Made by a program: the position numbers and the translations under genes. From Octopus vulgaris (lineage: Eukaryota), in the NCBI GenBank assembly GCA_951406725.2, contig OX597818.1, positions 7,564,001 to 7,628,000 of the forward strand: DNA of 64,000 nucleotides. The letters run 5' to 3'. The first letter of the stretch is position 1; every line of letters begins with the position of its first letter. A model generated the notes under the pieces. The model was given only the letters and a program-made list of their open reading frames with translations. It was not told where the DNA came from and did not search any database. This document shows, piece after piece, positions 27,297 to 40,513 of the stretch.

Positions 27297-29964
27297 GTTA
27301 TCGTTGCCTCCGATTCTATTTTCCATTTTGTAAACAGAAATGAATAGACTATGCTTTTTGTTTAATCTTTTCCTTCAGGAAATATCCTTTCTCACTGTAT
27401 CCCCTTTACCTTTATTTTTCGCATGATTTGGATCGGTTTTTGGGAAACAAAATAAAAGTACAAGATTAGTTGTTAAAATGATATATGTGTGTGAGTATGT
27501 GTACTGTACCTTCATCTCTGCGTGATCTCTCTGCTTGCAGAGGTTAAATCAGTGGGTATTTATCTATTGAAGTGCTATCTATACGGACTATAAGAATAAT
27601 TTTAACAATATTCTCTTTTACAACTAATCGATTACCATGAGTCATAAACACTCTTATATATCACGTACATCAAACAAACCAAATATCTGAGAAAATGAGG
27701 TCATTTATCTCACCGCATAAAAATACAAATGTTGTTTGTTTTTCCTTTCAATTAGATACAATAAATGATAACCTATCTGTTTCTTTCTAAAACAATAAAA
27801 CAAATGATATCAATGAAATAAATGATCATAGTTAAATAAATAGTCTCAATGAAATAAATGGGCTCAAACATCAAATACGATTGTAATAAACAGTATCCCT
27901 CCAACGCAAGTAAACCCTAACGACTTATGGGTAAGTTAAAAGAAAGGTTTTTGATTCGAATACATTCACATAGAAATTGAAAGCGAATAACGAATTCAAA
28001 AGACTGGAGTGGAAATGTAATATTTCTTTGCACCGTTGATCACATTAAATATTATTTTCACAACCCGTTCGATGATAAAGTAATTAAATATCTTCATGTG
28101 ATAAGTCACTATACTGTCTGTCTGATGCAGTCCATTGCAAGTGGTAGTCACAATAAATGTTCATTTCGTCCCAGTAAAAATATACACTCAACTTTGAATT
28201 TATACGGCTATCCAGCGACACAGTTTCACGAGAAGTACTAATGTATAGAATTGTTTAATACCGTAAATGATTTTCTAAGCGTCAAATCCAATTTTCATGT
28301 TACGAGCACCCTGGGAATAGTAACATGGACTGTACTTACACACACACACACACACACATAGGCACACGCATACACGCGCGCACACACATGCACACTCACT
28401 AAATTCACTTACAAGGTTCTGCTGGAAGACAGTTTCTCAAGGTACACTGCAATGAGACTGAACACGAAACAGCAACATTACGCAGCATAATTTTTATCTA
28501 CGTTGGCACCTGTGAATATATGCATGTTCTTTTATATAATTGATATTACTTTAGCATGCAGGACAAAAATTTACAACCAACTATATTTTTAAAAAGTATT
28601 AATATTTTTACGCTTTGCTGTGCAATCACGTTTTCATAATCTCGACACACCTCCTCAAAGTGTCTCGTCCTGTTGTACACTTCTAAAGAAAGAAGTGCAG
28701 CTGACTATATCAACCTCATTAAGTGAATTGCAGTTATTTGATCTACTGAAAATAAACTAAAATAATATCATACCTCAGTTCGTACCCTACAATTATTGTA
28801 AAAACTACCATACTACTCTTGCTTTTATTTTCATACATTTTTAGAGTATCATGCAACAGCAGCAGCTGCAAGTGAAGTGTATTAATATGATTATATACTA
28901 CTGTCTACAGCAATGCACATTATACTACTCCCGATATCAAGAGATATTTCCAATTGTATCTTAAGAGAAATCTAATAATCATTTGACATAAACAAATAAT
29001 ATACGCTATATTAAATTTTGCTTCATTAGATGTATGATGGAATAATTTTTTCTTTAATGGTACGTAATGTTATTGCAACATAATAAAAGTCAATAGGATA
29101 TCTGTGTGAACGGGAACAATGTAATATAGAAAGATAATCTCTGATTATAGTCCTTTTAACCAAATACTTCTCTGAAAGTATTCCCAGTTTTGATCTAAAG
29201 ATATAAGTGAGTTAAATCTTACCGGGAGCGTTTTATAGTAAAAGAACATTTGATATAAACAATTGGCTCCGTTTTTAACGTTGATGAAAACAGAGACACT
29301 AATGTTTTCCAGTGAGACCTCCCGTAAACGATTCTGTAGAATTTCAAAGTAAGTGTTAACATAGTTTTAGTGGTTGCAGCTATCGCCACAGGTCACAATA
29401 TGTTTTCGACTTCGTTGCAAGTTAAGTTGTTTGGGTTATGTGGTGTAAGTAACATTAATCTGGATGCACGTGCATAAGCAAAAGGAAAAAAAGGGTCCTT
29501 ATACCAATGCTCTGGTTGCTGGATGAAGTAAACCTCAAGTGCGCTCACAAGTTACAAATCAGTGTATCTACAATTAGCAACACTGGAGACCAATGTGTTT
29601 GTTTTTCTTTCGATAATACTGGATATAATTTAAATGCAATTTATAGCATGGTACACGATCCTCCTGTTTCCTCTCTAGGTCATGGGTTATGACCACAAAA
29701 TTCCTGATTTTTTGAAATGTTAAGGTTTGAAATAGGTTGTTATATACAGTTTAATTATCCGCAACAGTGATTTCATGAAACTTAATTTATGATGTAATAA
29801 AAGCACAAAAGATTTCATCAGACCCCCACCTGTCCTCGATTGAATTGACGAATGGATATCATATTAACTCTACTGTCAGTGTATGTCATATGAAACTACT
29901 CACACACATGTACGTATATGTATTTCGATCTTGAAAGGATGGACTTGGTGCTAACTTAACTATA

Positions 29965-29977
29965 TCTATTTTTATTA

Positions 29978-30050
<73 letters not shown>

Positions 30051-30869
30051 ATTAATAGTAATTTTTATTAACTTTTATAGCTTTAGAATTTTATGAACTG
30101 TACCATGGTTTTAATTATTATTTTTCATCTCCATATGTGTTAGCCTTTTTTTTTATAAAAAAAACTATTAGCTAAATATGTATAATATCGGTACTTATTA
30201 ATATTAATATATACACTGTTATATATTCTGTTTTATTTTGTTCTGTTTACCTTCCTTTTTTGTACAAATGTGTATTATATTATATAAGTGTAGCATTATG
30301 ATGTATAAGTTTTTATATTTTACATTTTTATATTTTTATATTTATATGTATATGATTATATAATATTTTTCACTATTATAACAAATTTAATTTAATTCTC
30401 TGAAGAGGCCGTGGGGCATCCTTGTTAATGCCTCATTTATACCTGCCTTTATGGCTTATAGGTTAAATGAGGTATGACTGCCCTCACTGCCGAAACAGCT
30501 GTCAGTTTTTGATTTATTTGCATATTATATTTGAAATTTTTTACTTATATCCCTTTATCTTTTTACTATTACTGTATATCTCATTTCATTTTATATATTG
30601 CCTTTACTCATATGTAATGGTGTATTAAAGTATGGATTGAGTATCATCGGATAGTTGATGTTTTACTGATTTAAGTATGTTTCTCCATTCTCTAATTTTG
30701 TAGTATTAATTTACGGTAATATTATTACCTTTACCCATATAATACAATAGATGAACTGATTGTTTGACAATTTTTAACATCTATGTATTAATTTTGTTGG
30801 GTACCTATCTAGCAGTATATTGGATATATATTATCCCATGGTGGGTTGAATTTTCAACCCTATCTCATT

Positions 30870-30870
<1 letters not shown>
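29965..30870 (+). mobile_element. AT-rich probable Penelope-like pLTR relic carrying a hammerhead
   Basis: T-rich segment between (TTA)n and (AT)n tracts containing the 30398-30505 hammerhead. Confidence 0.55.
30398..30505 (+). ncRNA. Type I hammerhead ribozyme with ~85-nt extended stem II
   Basis: CTGAAGA (30400-06), GGC...GCC long hairpin, GAAA (30492-95), palindromic ACAGCTGT stem III, GUC site (cleavage after 30503). Stem I is only 2 bp (CT/AG). Confidence 0.75.
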
Positions 30871-30932
<62 letters not shown>

Positions 30933-32019
30933 ATGTATGTATATATATATATATGCACATACTTTATTTTTTATATGTTGTCATATGTTACTAAAGATTA
31001 ATCTTGGTTTAAACCATAATATATTTGGTTTTCCACATGCATTCAGCTAGCCTCCATGATTTACACTCTATCCTTTTCAAAATGAGCACTGCTCTAAAGA
31101 ACCAAAATAATTACCCGATGTACTTATATGTGTGTCTCTTCTATTTTTTAATGTATGTATGCACAAGTAAACAGATATGTTTCCTTCAGAGACATAAAAT
31201 TTTCAGAACCTTTGTACGATTTCGATGGTTATCATCACGGTGCAAGCATAACATTCGGCATTTTCTTGATAAGAGATTAGTAAGAAAAAATAAAAAAATA
31301 GAAATAATCATTTTTTTTATTGAGGAATGTGGGAAATGGGAGAAATATGGAGAAAGCAATGTAAAAATGAGAGATTTAGTACAGGTGAGTTATAAAGGCA
31401 TAAATATGTTTGGAGGCTAGTGTAACATATAGCAATTCTCTGACAGCTGGATGTAAAATAAAACAGAGAATAGTGAAAGGATTCGATGAGAGTTCAAAAC
31501 AGTTGGTGATTTGAAAGAAAACGTTTGAAATATAAGAAGGAAGTAAAAGGAGAAAAACGAAAAAAGTATCTGAGACATATCGATTGACACAAGCTGCAAT
31601 AAAGCATCTCTAGTTCAATTGGCATTAACTAAAGCGTCTCTGTAGATTTCTGTCATACAGAATAAGTAGGCATCAGTACTGTCGTATATATTATATACGG
31701 AATATAACAGAAATTTCTACAGATATTTGGGGAATTATTTGTATGGGCACATTGATAAATCGAATGTATTGAGAGTGCTTTCATTAGTTATTGTTGTTGG
31801 TATTGTTATTATTTTTATCATTACTGTTGCTGTCGTTGTTGTTGTTATTGTTGTTGTTTTTGTTGTTGTTACGGTTATTATTACCATTGCCGCCATTAGA
31901 GGAGTCAAGACAAAGCAGTGGAAATATCTTTATCCAATATCACTTCTAACGTTGCGGGCGCTGTTGTGGTGCAACTATTCACCTACACAACCTTCAGCCC
32001 CAACCTATAATTTCCAAAA

Positions 32020-32265
32020 CATTACATCTGCCCTCTAGGAAGATCCTACCTTCCAAGTGCTGTAGCCTGAAAAGTCACCCTCACAGAATACAATGCCATC
32101 ACAAACTACTACACGGACATGGCGGGCAATGATTTCAGAAGTAGATACACACGGCATATGTATTCGCTTAGATGCTGGGAAAGAGAATTCCACTTCTTTG
32201 TTTCGTTTCACCGGAGGCATTGCGACATGGAATGAAACAGCCAACATTGAATGGACTTCAGGCAC
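32020..32265 (+). mobile_element. Penelope-like element GIY-YIG endonuclease remnant
   Basis: ICPLGRSYLPSAVA*KVTL..NYYTDMAGNDFRSRYTRHMYSLR, frameshift, ENSTSL..NIEW. Matches the PLE pattern CPLxxxCL..VVYKA..YIG..FKxRYxxH..NSTxLS..IxW. Confidence 0.7.
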
Positions 32266-32719
32266 AGGGACCCACCCACTCACATACACCATGTACATAC
32301 ATAAACTATGTACGTACTTTTTTTCCTGTCTTCCCTCCCCTCACCCTCAAACAACTAAACCACATTCCAACACCTGTTACCCAACACTAAACAGTAGCAT
32401 TGTCATAATACATTAGCATACGTCTGAATCGCCATCACACTTAGTTACCAAAAGCATGAATATATATATTTACACACACACGCACATATCGGAGTACAAC
32501 ACATGCTGTCGCACGCGTATACAACAGGCATAAACGCAAACAAGATTCTTGCTCATTCCATTTTTCATTTCACATCACAAAATCACCGAACAACGCAGAA
32601 CTACTGACCTAGATACGTTAACAAGTATATCCTAACAGTAGATGACATCAGGTAACCTAAACCGTGCAAGTGCTTTAATCGGCATGCTACTAGATATACA
32701 CATAAAGTCCTAATAATTA

Positions 32720-32756
32720 TACATACATACATACATACATACATACATACATACAT

Positions 32757-32815
<59 letters not shown>

Positions 32816-32906
32816 TATAAATATATATATGTGTGTGTGTGTGTGTGCTTTAAAGTCTTCGAGGCCGTACTGCAACGTAGCCGTGGTCAAATGACTGGAA
32901 GATAAA

Positions 32907-32959
<53 letters not shown>

Positions 32960-32962
32960 CGC

Positions 32963-33023
<61 letters not shown>

Positions 33024-33080
33024 CATACATATGTATATGTGTGTGTATATGTATGTATATGTATATATATATATATATAT
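32720..33080. repeat. (CATA)/(AT)/(GT) microsatellite cluster with a SINE tail fragment
   Basis: Direct inspection. Confidence 0.85.
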
Positions 33081-33347
33081 CTTTCTGTATGTATAGTTAT
33101 CAATGTCCGTTCCCTCCGGTCCATTGTGCATTCCGTTCTATACCCCCTTAACCTCCTGGATATTGCCCTAACCCTGCACTCGCTATAAAAACTGGTTTTT
33201 CGCCTTTTATCTCTAATACCATGACCGTGTCCAGAGGAAACGTCCACATATTCCACATTAGTGAGTCTTTCTATTTTTCAAGATATTATACTAATTAAGG
33301 GCTCTATTAAATTTTATCCCGCTCATTTTGTCTGTTTTAAGCTTATT

Positions 33348-33412
<65 letters not shown>

Positions 33413-34021
33413 TTATATATACGTGTGTGTGTGTGTGCGTGTGTGTGTGTTTGTGTTTGCACATATACTCGCACACATGCACACACAACACACTCTCATA
33501 CGTATTCTTTTCATCAATATTCTGGTTCACCAGCTGTCAAATTTTTCCTCAGTTCTTTTGATATTTCTATATTTATCACTTTGTGTGCGCGCGTGTGTGT
33601 GTGTGTGGTTGCGCGTGTATACTTTGCTCTTATGTTCTTCTTTAGAGAGTACTTTATCGTTAATTCTCATCTTTATGTCGATATGTATATCTTTGATATT
33701 TGTAATGATTTTATGCCCGTTTATTTCCCTTATGTAAATATTCAACAACCATTATTCTCATAATTCTCTTTATTGTACAACATATTTGTTATCGCAGTTT
33801 ACCTTCAAATTTATTTACTCATCTTTTACTTTTTTTAGTCATTAAGCTCTGCTCATACTGTGGTGCGGCCTTGACGCATTTTAGTCGAACTCATCGTCTC
33901 CAGTACTTTTATTTTTTAAAGCTTGATATTCTTCTACCGAGTAAACATGTCGATACAAATTTTCAACAATTGATGGGGATCAAACATCAAACACAGGCAC
34001 AGATCCAGCCATATAAATATA

Positions 34022-36010
34022 TCTATATCTATATATATATATTAATATATAAAATCCGTTCCGTCTGTCTGTCTATCTGTTTATCTTTGTGTTTGTGCGC
34101 TTATAACTCGAGTATTGTTCATCCGATCGCGCTGAAATTTTAAATATGGATACATGAGAGAACTGGGCGTTCCGCAATCGAAAAAGATTTTCAGTCATTA
34201 GTTTCCAATTGAGAATCTATATTTTTGTAATATTGATGTCCTGTTTGTTCTGTCATTAAAACAACAAGTTATTCAGACAGCCGGCTGATGCCATTTCGCT
34301 AGCAACAGGATAACAGTCAGCTAAAACTGTCGTTATGGTATCTCTCTTCTTTCCTCTCTCTGTGGGGTTAATAGAATTAATCTTTAGTTACAGTTTCTCA
34401 TTGAAACTACATAATAGGCAAAATTGTCGGATTAAGACAGTAGGGTGTTTTGACTGAGATTTGGCTACTATTTCTACCAGATCTAGCTACCATATAGAAG
34501 TCTGTCTCATTGATATTATGTATTCCTTATTCTTTCCAAAACAAAGTTACAGATTTTGACATATGGGTTATCGAAAGATTCAGTAATATTTTGGCTACAA
34601 ATTAAACTTAATTTTCATTCACATATTTGCATTTCAAAAGTTTAAGAATATTTTCCATAAATCAACTCTCGTAAAAATTTTATATTATTACTTTACATAT
34701 TCTATATGTGTGTGTATCTTAAAAGACGTCAATCATGACGGCACACACCTTCACTCACTCACTCTATCTCTCTTTCTCCCCCTCTTTCTCTCTCACATAC
34801 ACACGCGCAAGCACGCACGCATGCACACACACGTCCATTTCATATAAACGTATATACATCTTTCACTTTCTTTCTCTGTTCTTTTCGATTATGTTCTTTC
34901 AATTTCTACTCTTGAAATAAAATTTTACGGATACAACTGCTTACATAAATAGGGATTAATGTATAATTTATTTCTATGTTTATAATTTTTTTGTTTACAA
35001 TATTTGAGGGATTAATGTATAAACTCTTTCTATGTTCATAATTTTTTGTTTACAATATTGGGAACAATGTGCCACCAAAGAAAAGACGTAATCTCTCCAG
35101 AAACAAGTATAAAGCAAGGAGTATTGTAGAAAACTGAAAGCGAGAGTTTGAAGACAGAAGCTAGATGAGAATTTCTCAGCATCAGCAAATGCATGTTGCA
35201 GTACTTAATGCTGGATCATTAAATCAATGTTTTAATGATTAGACAGAGGTCCAATATAATAGCTCTCAGAAACAGACTACGTACAAATTCCTTCTTCGCA
35301 ACCCCTGAAGCTCTTTTCAGATATGATCCACCCCATTCTTATAAAAATAATAACTCTGTCCAAGTTGGTGTGCTAAACACAAATTGTCTTTTCTGTAGAG
35401 CTTTAAAATTTTCAAATGAAACAAATGGTCTGTGCTGCTCAGTCGGTGAGGTTACATTGCCAGCACTACCAGCTTCTTCTCCACCTCTTATGGATCTTCT
35501 AGAAGGTACGTTCATCCAGGATTTTCTGAACAATACCAGACAATACAACTCTTGTTGCATCTATGAAGGTAGATAAACATGAATTTACGACGACGTCAAA
35601 GTTCAAGGATAAGTCTATCAACTCATTGGCTCCCTGTTACCCATAAATGAACAACTAGAGTTCCTCGAAATTTACTTTATGAGTGATGTAGGACACAAAA
35701 CCCGAAGGAGGTGTCAACATTTCAGATGATGGGTCGTGTTAGGCACAGTGCCAAATGCAGCAAAAGTGATTATATCCACTGACAGTTTCTCAGTGCATTC
35801 AAAAATCACATAACCCGCACAGGTTAGGGCCTGAAATACTCTAAACAGACGCATAACATCTTGCTTAGTCGAATTAGCACACAATTTACTCCACAAATGT
35901 TTTGTTGTCAATGCGGCACTTTCCCATATCACCTGTTTCAACATGACTCTAATAAATTATATACAAACTATGCCATTTTAATGCCGAGCAACGCAGGGTG
36001 TATCTGCTAG
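34022..36010 (+). mobile_element. Non-autonomous Helitron with both termini (~2 kb)
   Basis: 5' A|TC(tata..)aaaatccgttccgtctgtctg (TC at 34022 or 34028). Internal Rep fragment FRYDP..CLFCRALKFSNETNGLCCSVGEVTLP..FLNNTRQYNS, then KVQG*VYQLIGSLLP..FLEIYF. 3' ccgagcaacgcaggg hairpin plus CTAG|T at 36007-36010. Confidence 0.9.
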
Positions 36011-36192
36011 TATTTATATATATATATATGAAATTCTTAAATATATTACAGGGTCCATAAAGCACCAAGATGGTGCTTCGTGTACCCTCTAATATAATTA
36101 AGAATTCAATACCTAGCTGTTTAATGCTAGTATCGCTTGCTGCCACAAATGTTACTGTTATTGTTATTATCAATTACTTAGATTTGCTACTG

Positions 36193-36233
<41 letters not shown>

Positions 36234-36234
36234 T

Positions 36235-36870
36235 CCCTGATGTTGTGGAAGGCAGTGGTAATGCCCTGATGCATACCAGGCAGCAGCTATGCCCTGATGC
36301 AGTACCAAGCAGTGGCTATGCTCTGATGCAGTACCAGGCAGTGGCTATGCCCTGATGCAGTACCAGGCAGTGACTCTCATGGCTTCTGATCTTAACTCAT
36401 TGGAAATGTAACCATGTACATTGTCTTTTCTTAGTATAAAAGATGGGCTACAGCAAATATTCGGCTGAATACCACAAATTTGCTTGTCAGTTGTTTGACC
36501 CTAACCAGTTGAGCATACCCCTTAGTGGCTGACGATATGTGCTCTCTGATCACGAGCAGAAATAGTGGGGGAGCGTCACAGCCATGGGTTGAGAGGACTT
36601 CTTTGGGGTTTGAATAAATCACCCCTGGAAACATAGGTGGTTTGTTCAACATCCTTAAACAGTCCTTGAGCTCCCACCTGTAATGTCATGTGCTGTTTAT
36701 CTTGATAGGAGGTCACCATGTCGCGCACATATGGTTGGGATGCATGTGCCTAGTGTACCTTTATCAGACGAGTAGTCATGATGGGTATACTAGGCTTCGT
36801 ATATTGTACCCCAGTGTTACTTTGACGGCATGTACTATTCTCTCACTCAATCATAAAAAAATAATAATAA
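36235..36870 (+). mobile_element. Non-coding element inserted in (TAA)n, with a 5' tandem array of 29-bp units
   Basis: Flanked by TAA repeats on both sides; homologous to 19360-19655; five ccctgatgcagtaccaggcagtggctatg-like units at 36235-36378. Confidence 0.8.
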
Positions 36871-37852
36871 TAATAGACAAGACGAAGAGCGCGATGCGAT
36901 TGCACAAGGCATTTTATTGGCTGAACAATATTTCGACAGCAAGCCTGTCTTCGTCGATTTCAATATAAATCGCGATGAAAATTCAAAATTATAGAAATTC
37001 ACATCTAAGGTATGAACAAGAGCAACCAGCGTCCACACGTTGATGGAATGACATCATCAGTTTTTATGTTTCAATTTTATAACTGGCGAAAAGAAAAAGA
37101 TAGAACAAAAACGAGAAAATAAAGGAAAGAAAGATGAAAGGAAAAAGAGAAAGGATATTCAATCAAACACTTTTGTGCAAATTTGATGATATTCTCCTGT
37201 TACGTTACTCATTCCTCCAGGGTGTGATGTTAATAACCCGAAAACATATTTCTCGCGATATATTTTCAGTATTGAAAGGGAAGCATATTCAGAATATTTT
37301 CTTAGAATATGCACTTTCAAGTCTTTTTCACACTTGCAGCATTTGAAGCGAAATGTTCGTCAAGATCTGTCGAACTACTGCTTAATATCTGATTTAATAT
37401 CTGTGCCTATTAAATCTAATATAATAGTTCTGTTTTTCAACCAACATACATCAAGTTGTGTTTCGTGCTTTCTGCCGCGTACACATGGGAATCACTACAT
37501 TCCTACCTCCTGTATAAATCATAACATTTCTGTTATGATTCCTAATGGAATTCACTTGACTCATATTGTTGCACAATGAACAGGACGTACCTCTCTTGAA
37601 GCTGTTTTGCATACATACACACACGCGCATATGTTTGTGGGTGTCCGCACGTGTGTATGCATACTAGTGTTTATGCTTGTATGCATGCACATGATCTGCA
37701 CATAAATACGTGCACGTATGTATGTATAGTGTTCATCTGTATTTATGCACGTACGTGTGTAGCTTTAGCACTACGCTCTGAAACTTAAAGTACCAAGAAC
37801 TTTGAATGAAACTGCTTTAATCCATATGTACATATATGTGTGTGTGTGTGTG

Positions 37853-38170
37853 AAGGCTCATGGCTCAGTGGATAGAGCGTCAAGCTTACGATTGTGAGGT
37901 TGTGAGTTCGAATCCCGGACCGGGCTGCGTGTTTTGTTCTTGAGCAAGACCCTTATTTCACATTGCTCCAGTTCACTCAGCTGTAGAAATGAGTTGCGGC
38001 GTCACAGGTGCCAAGCTGTACCGGCCTTGGATAATATTGGTGGCGTGGAGAGGGAGGCTAGTATGCATGGGCGACTGCTGGTCTTCCATAAACAACCTTG
38101 CTCGGACTTGTACCTGGGAGAGTGTCTTTCTGGGTGCAATACCATGGTCAGTCATGACCAAAGGGGGTCT
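37853..38170 (+). mobile_element. tRNA-derived SINE with CORE-like central domain
   Basis: A box tggctcagtgg (37861), B box gttcgaatccc (37906), then ttcttgagcaagaccctta..ttgctccagttcactcagctgt..aaatg. Confidence 0.85.
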
Positions 38171-38733
38171 TTAAGGTGGCTCTTAGAGTCAGGGATTTGA
38201 CTGCTATTTCGGCATGGTGGTGTCTCTCAGACACCCTTATTTTTAGTTGTAAAAAATTATTACCTTGGTATGGTATTTTTCCCATGCTGGCCACTTGATA
38301 ATATCGATATTTAAATATCGATATTATCCTTATTTATAAATTTATATAATTCATCACTAAATTCACTGCGGTGTTTATTTTGACCATATCGTGCTAATGA
38401 GGTGTTTGGCGGGCAATTTGAACTGGCCTGTACATACGTGCATATATATGTATGTATGGACGTTCGTATATGTAAGTATAACGCTTGTTCTGTATATATA
38501 TATTTGTATTTATGTGCCCATCTGATATATTCAACTGATGAAGGCAGAGCTTATTTGAAGCAAAGCTAGAAATCCAGGATCTTGAATTATTCAGTAATAT
38601 CTTTTTGCTAGTCTATTTTGTCCCTCTATCTTATCTCACGGTGCGATATGAACATTTAAGGTGGTTCTTAGAGTCAGGGATTTGACTGCTATTTCGGCAT
38701 GGTGGTGTCTTTTAGACACCCTTATTTTTAGTT
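38170..38733 (+). mobile_element. Retrozyme-like / Penelope pLTR unit bounded by 79-bp direct repeats (period 485 bp)
   Basis: 38170-38248 and 38655-38733 are near-identical and enclose a hammerhead at 38529-38587. Confidence 0.75.
38529..38587 (+). ncRNA. Type I hammerhead ribozyme
   Basis: ATTCAA-CTGATGA-(aggcagagctt atttg aagcaaagcta)-GAAA-TCCAGGA-TC-TTGAAT. Perfect 6-bp stem I, near-palindromic ATCC-A-GGAT stem III, AUC site (cleavage after 38581). Base of stem II is imperfect. Confidence 0.75.
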
Positions 38734-40470
38734 ATATATAACGTTTACTATTTCCTTTAATCGTGATTTACTGTAACCGCGTTTGACATAATAGTGTACA
38801 AAAGCATTTGCATGATTACAGTAATCCTCTATGTCAATACATAAGGGATTTTATCCTGAAAATTGAGATATCGGATTTGACTGAATTATATGATGTGGAC
38901 GATCGTCCTGGGGGAAGTGGTAAATGTGGGATGACGTGGGCTTGTAATATAATTCTGTCACTATTCTGCCTCCAGAAAAGTTAACTTTGTGACTGATGAA
39001 GTCATTCCATCAACGTGTGGATGCTTGTTGCTCTCGTTCATACTTTAGATTTGAATTTCTAAAGACACTTATAGGGAGTCAATTGTATTGATGAAGCTTC
39101 ACTCAAAGTTCTTCATAATTTAAGTTTCAAAGCGTGATGTTAATTGTCAGCCATTGGAAATTGTTTGAGAGATCAGTTGGCGTAAGTCAATTGTAATTAC
39201 TGGAAGGTGGTCTGGTATTGGTCGAAAAAGTTACGTGGTGTCCTAGTTTGCTGTTGCTATTTCAGCGACAAGAATTAGAAAATAGTGCATGGTGAACAGG
39301 AAATCGGAACGTTCATACATCCATACACAAACACAAATACACACACACACATATATATTTATGTGTGTGTATGTATGTGTGCCTCTCTCTCCCTCTATCA
39401 TATTAATTATATGAATATATACGCGTATGTGTAAGAGTGTGTGTGCATATATTTAAGCGTGTCTGTGTACATACATACACACACGCACATATGTTTGTGG
39501 GTGTGCTCACGTTGTAAGCATAAGAGTGTTTATGTTTGCGTGCATGCACATGGCGTGCGCATGAATACGCGCACGTATGTGTATATAGTGGTGTGTGTAT
39601 CTGTATTAATGCATGCGTGCGTAGCTTTAGCACTACGCTCTGAAACTTAAAACACCAAGGAATTTGAATGAAACTGTTTTAATTCAGTACGTTTAAATAT
39701 TTGCTGTGCAATATTTTTTATATATATACATATATATACACTTTCTCCTTTCTTTCCTCTTTTTTTCTCTTGTTCCCCCTCTTTCACATTTCTTGGCCTT
39801 CCCTTCATTCTTCTCTTTCTCGTGCCTCCCTAATTCTTCAATACCTTTGCCCCTACCTCTCTCCTTTCCTTCCATGTCACCTGTGTTCCGCCAAGCCTGA
39901 CCTTTCTTTCTTAGTTCAACTTCCGTCCGTGTAGCATCTTTTATATTCCTCCCCATGACTTTCATCTCTTATGTTCTTCCTGTAAGGCTTCACTCCGCAC
40001 GCGCAACCTTAATTTAATTCGTCTTTAGTCGAAAGACATCTGTTGTACTTTGTATTTGCAATTGTGTAACATAGCCCGTTTTTCTCATCCTTCGTCTCGT
40101 ATATATTCACTTGCTTTCTTCCAAAAATCTTGTGCTCTTAGCTTAAATTTTCTTGGGGCCAGCCAGATTGGAGCAGTCTCGAGTGTAACAGGCCGAAACT
40201 GCGAGGATAAACAGGAAGTCGACTGACGATAGAAGACTCCTTGATTTTTCCGGTTCTTCTTTTGTAATCTCTAATTATCCGGATGCTTTGTTGTCTGTTA
40301 TATTCCTGATCCATTTTTTGTTACACACACACACACATACACACACACATATGTGTATGTATATATATAGATGTATATGAGCAAATTTATATATATATAT
40401 ATATATATATATGTTTGTATCTTTCTCTCTATATATTTATATATATATAGAGAGAGAGAGAAGGAGAGAG

Positions 40471-40513
<43 letters not shown>

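Noticed and set aside
36235-36378. 29-bp repeats as a CRISPR array
   Set aside because: Head-to-tail tandem units without spacers, in a eukaryotic context.
36529-36570. CTGACGA..TGCTC/GAGCA..GAAA hammerhead-like motif
   Set aside because: No UH site or stem I, and GAAA is not conserved in the homologous copy near 19440.
37853-37925. tRNA gene
   Set aside because: A/B boxes run into a SINE body; no complete cloverleaf or T-run terminator.
38993-39030. CTGATGA start in an inverted-repeat segment
   Set aside because: No downstream GAAA or stem III in either copy.
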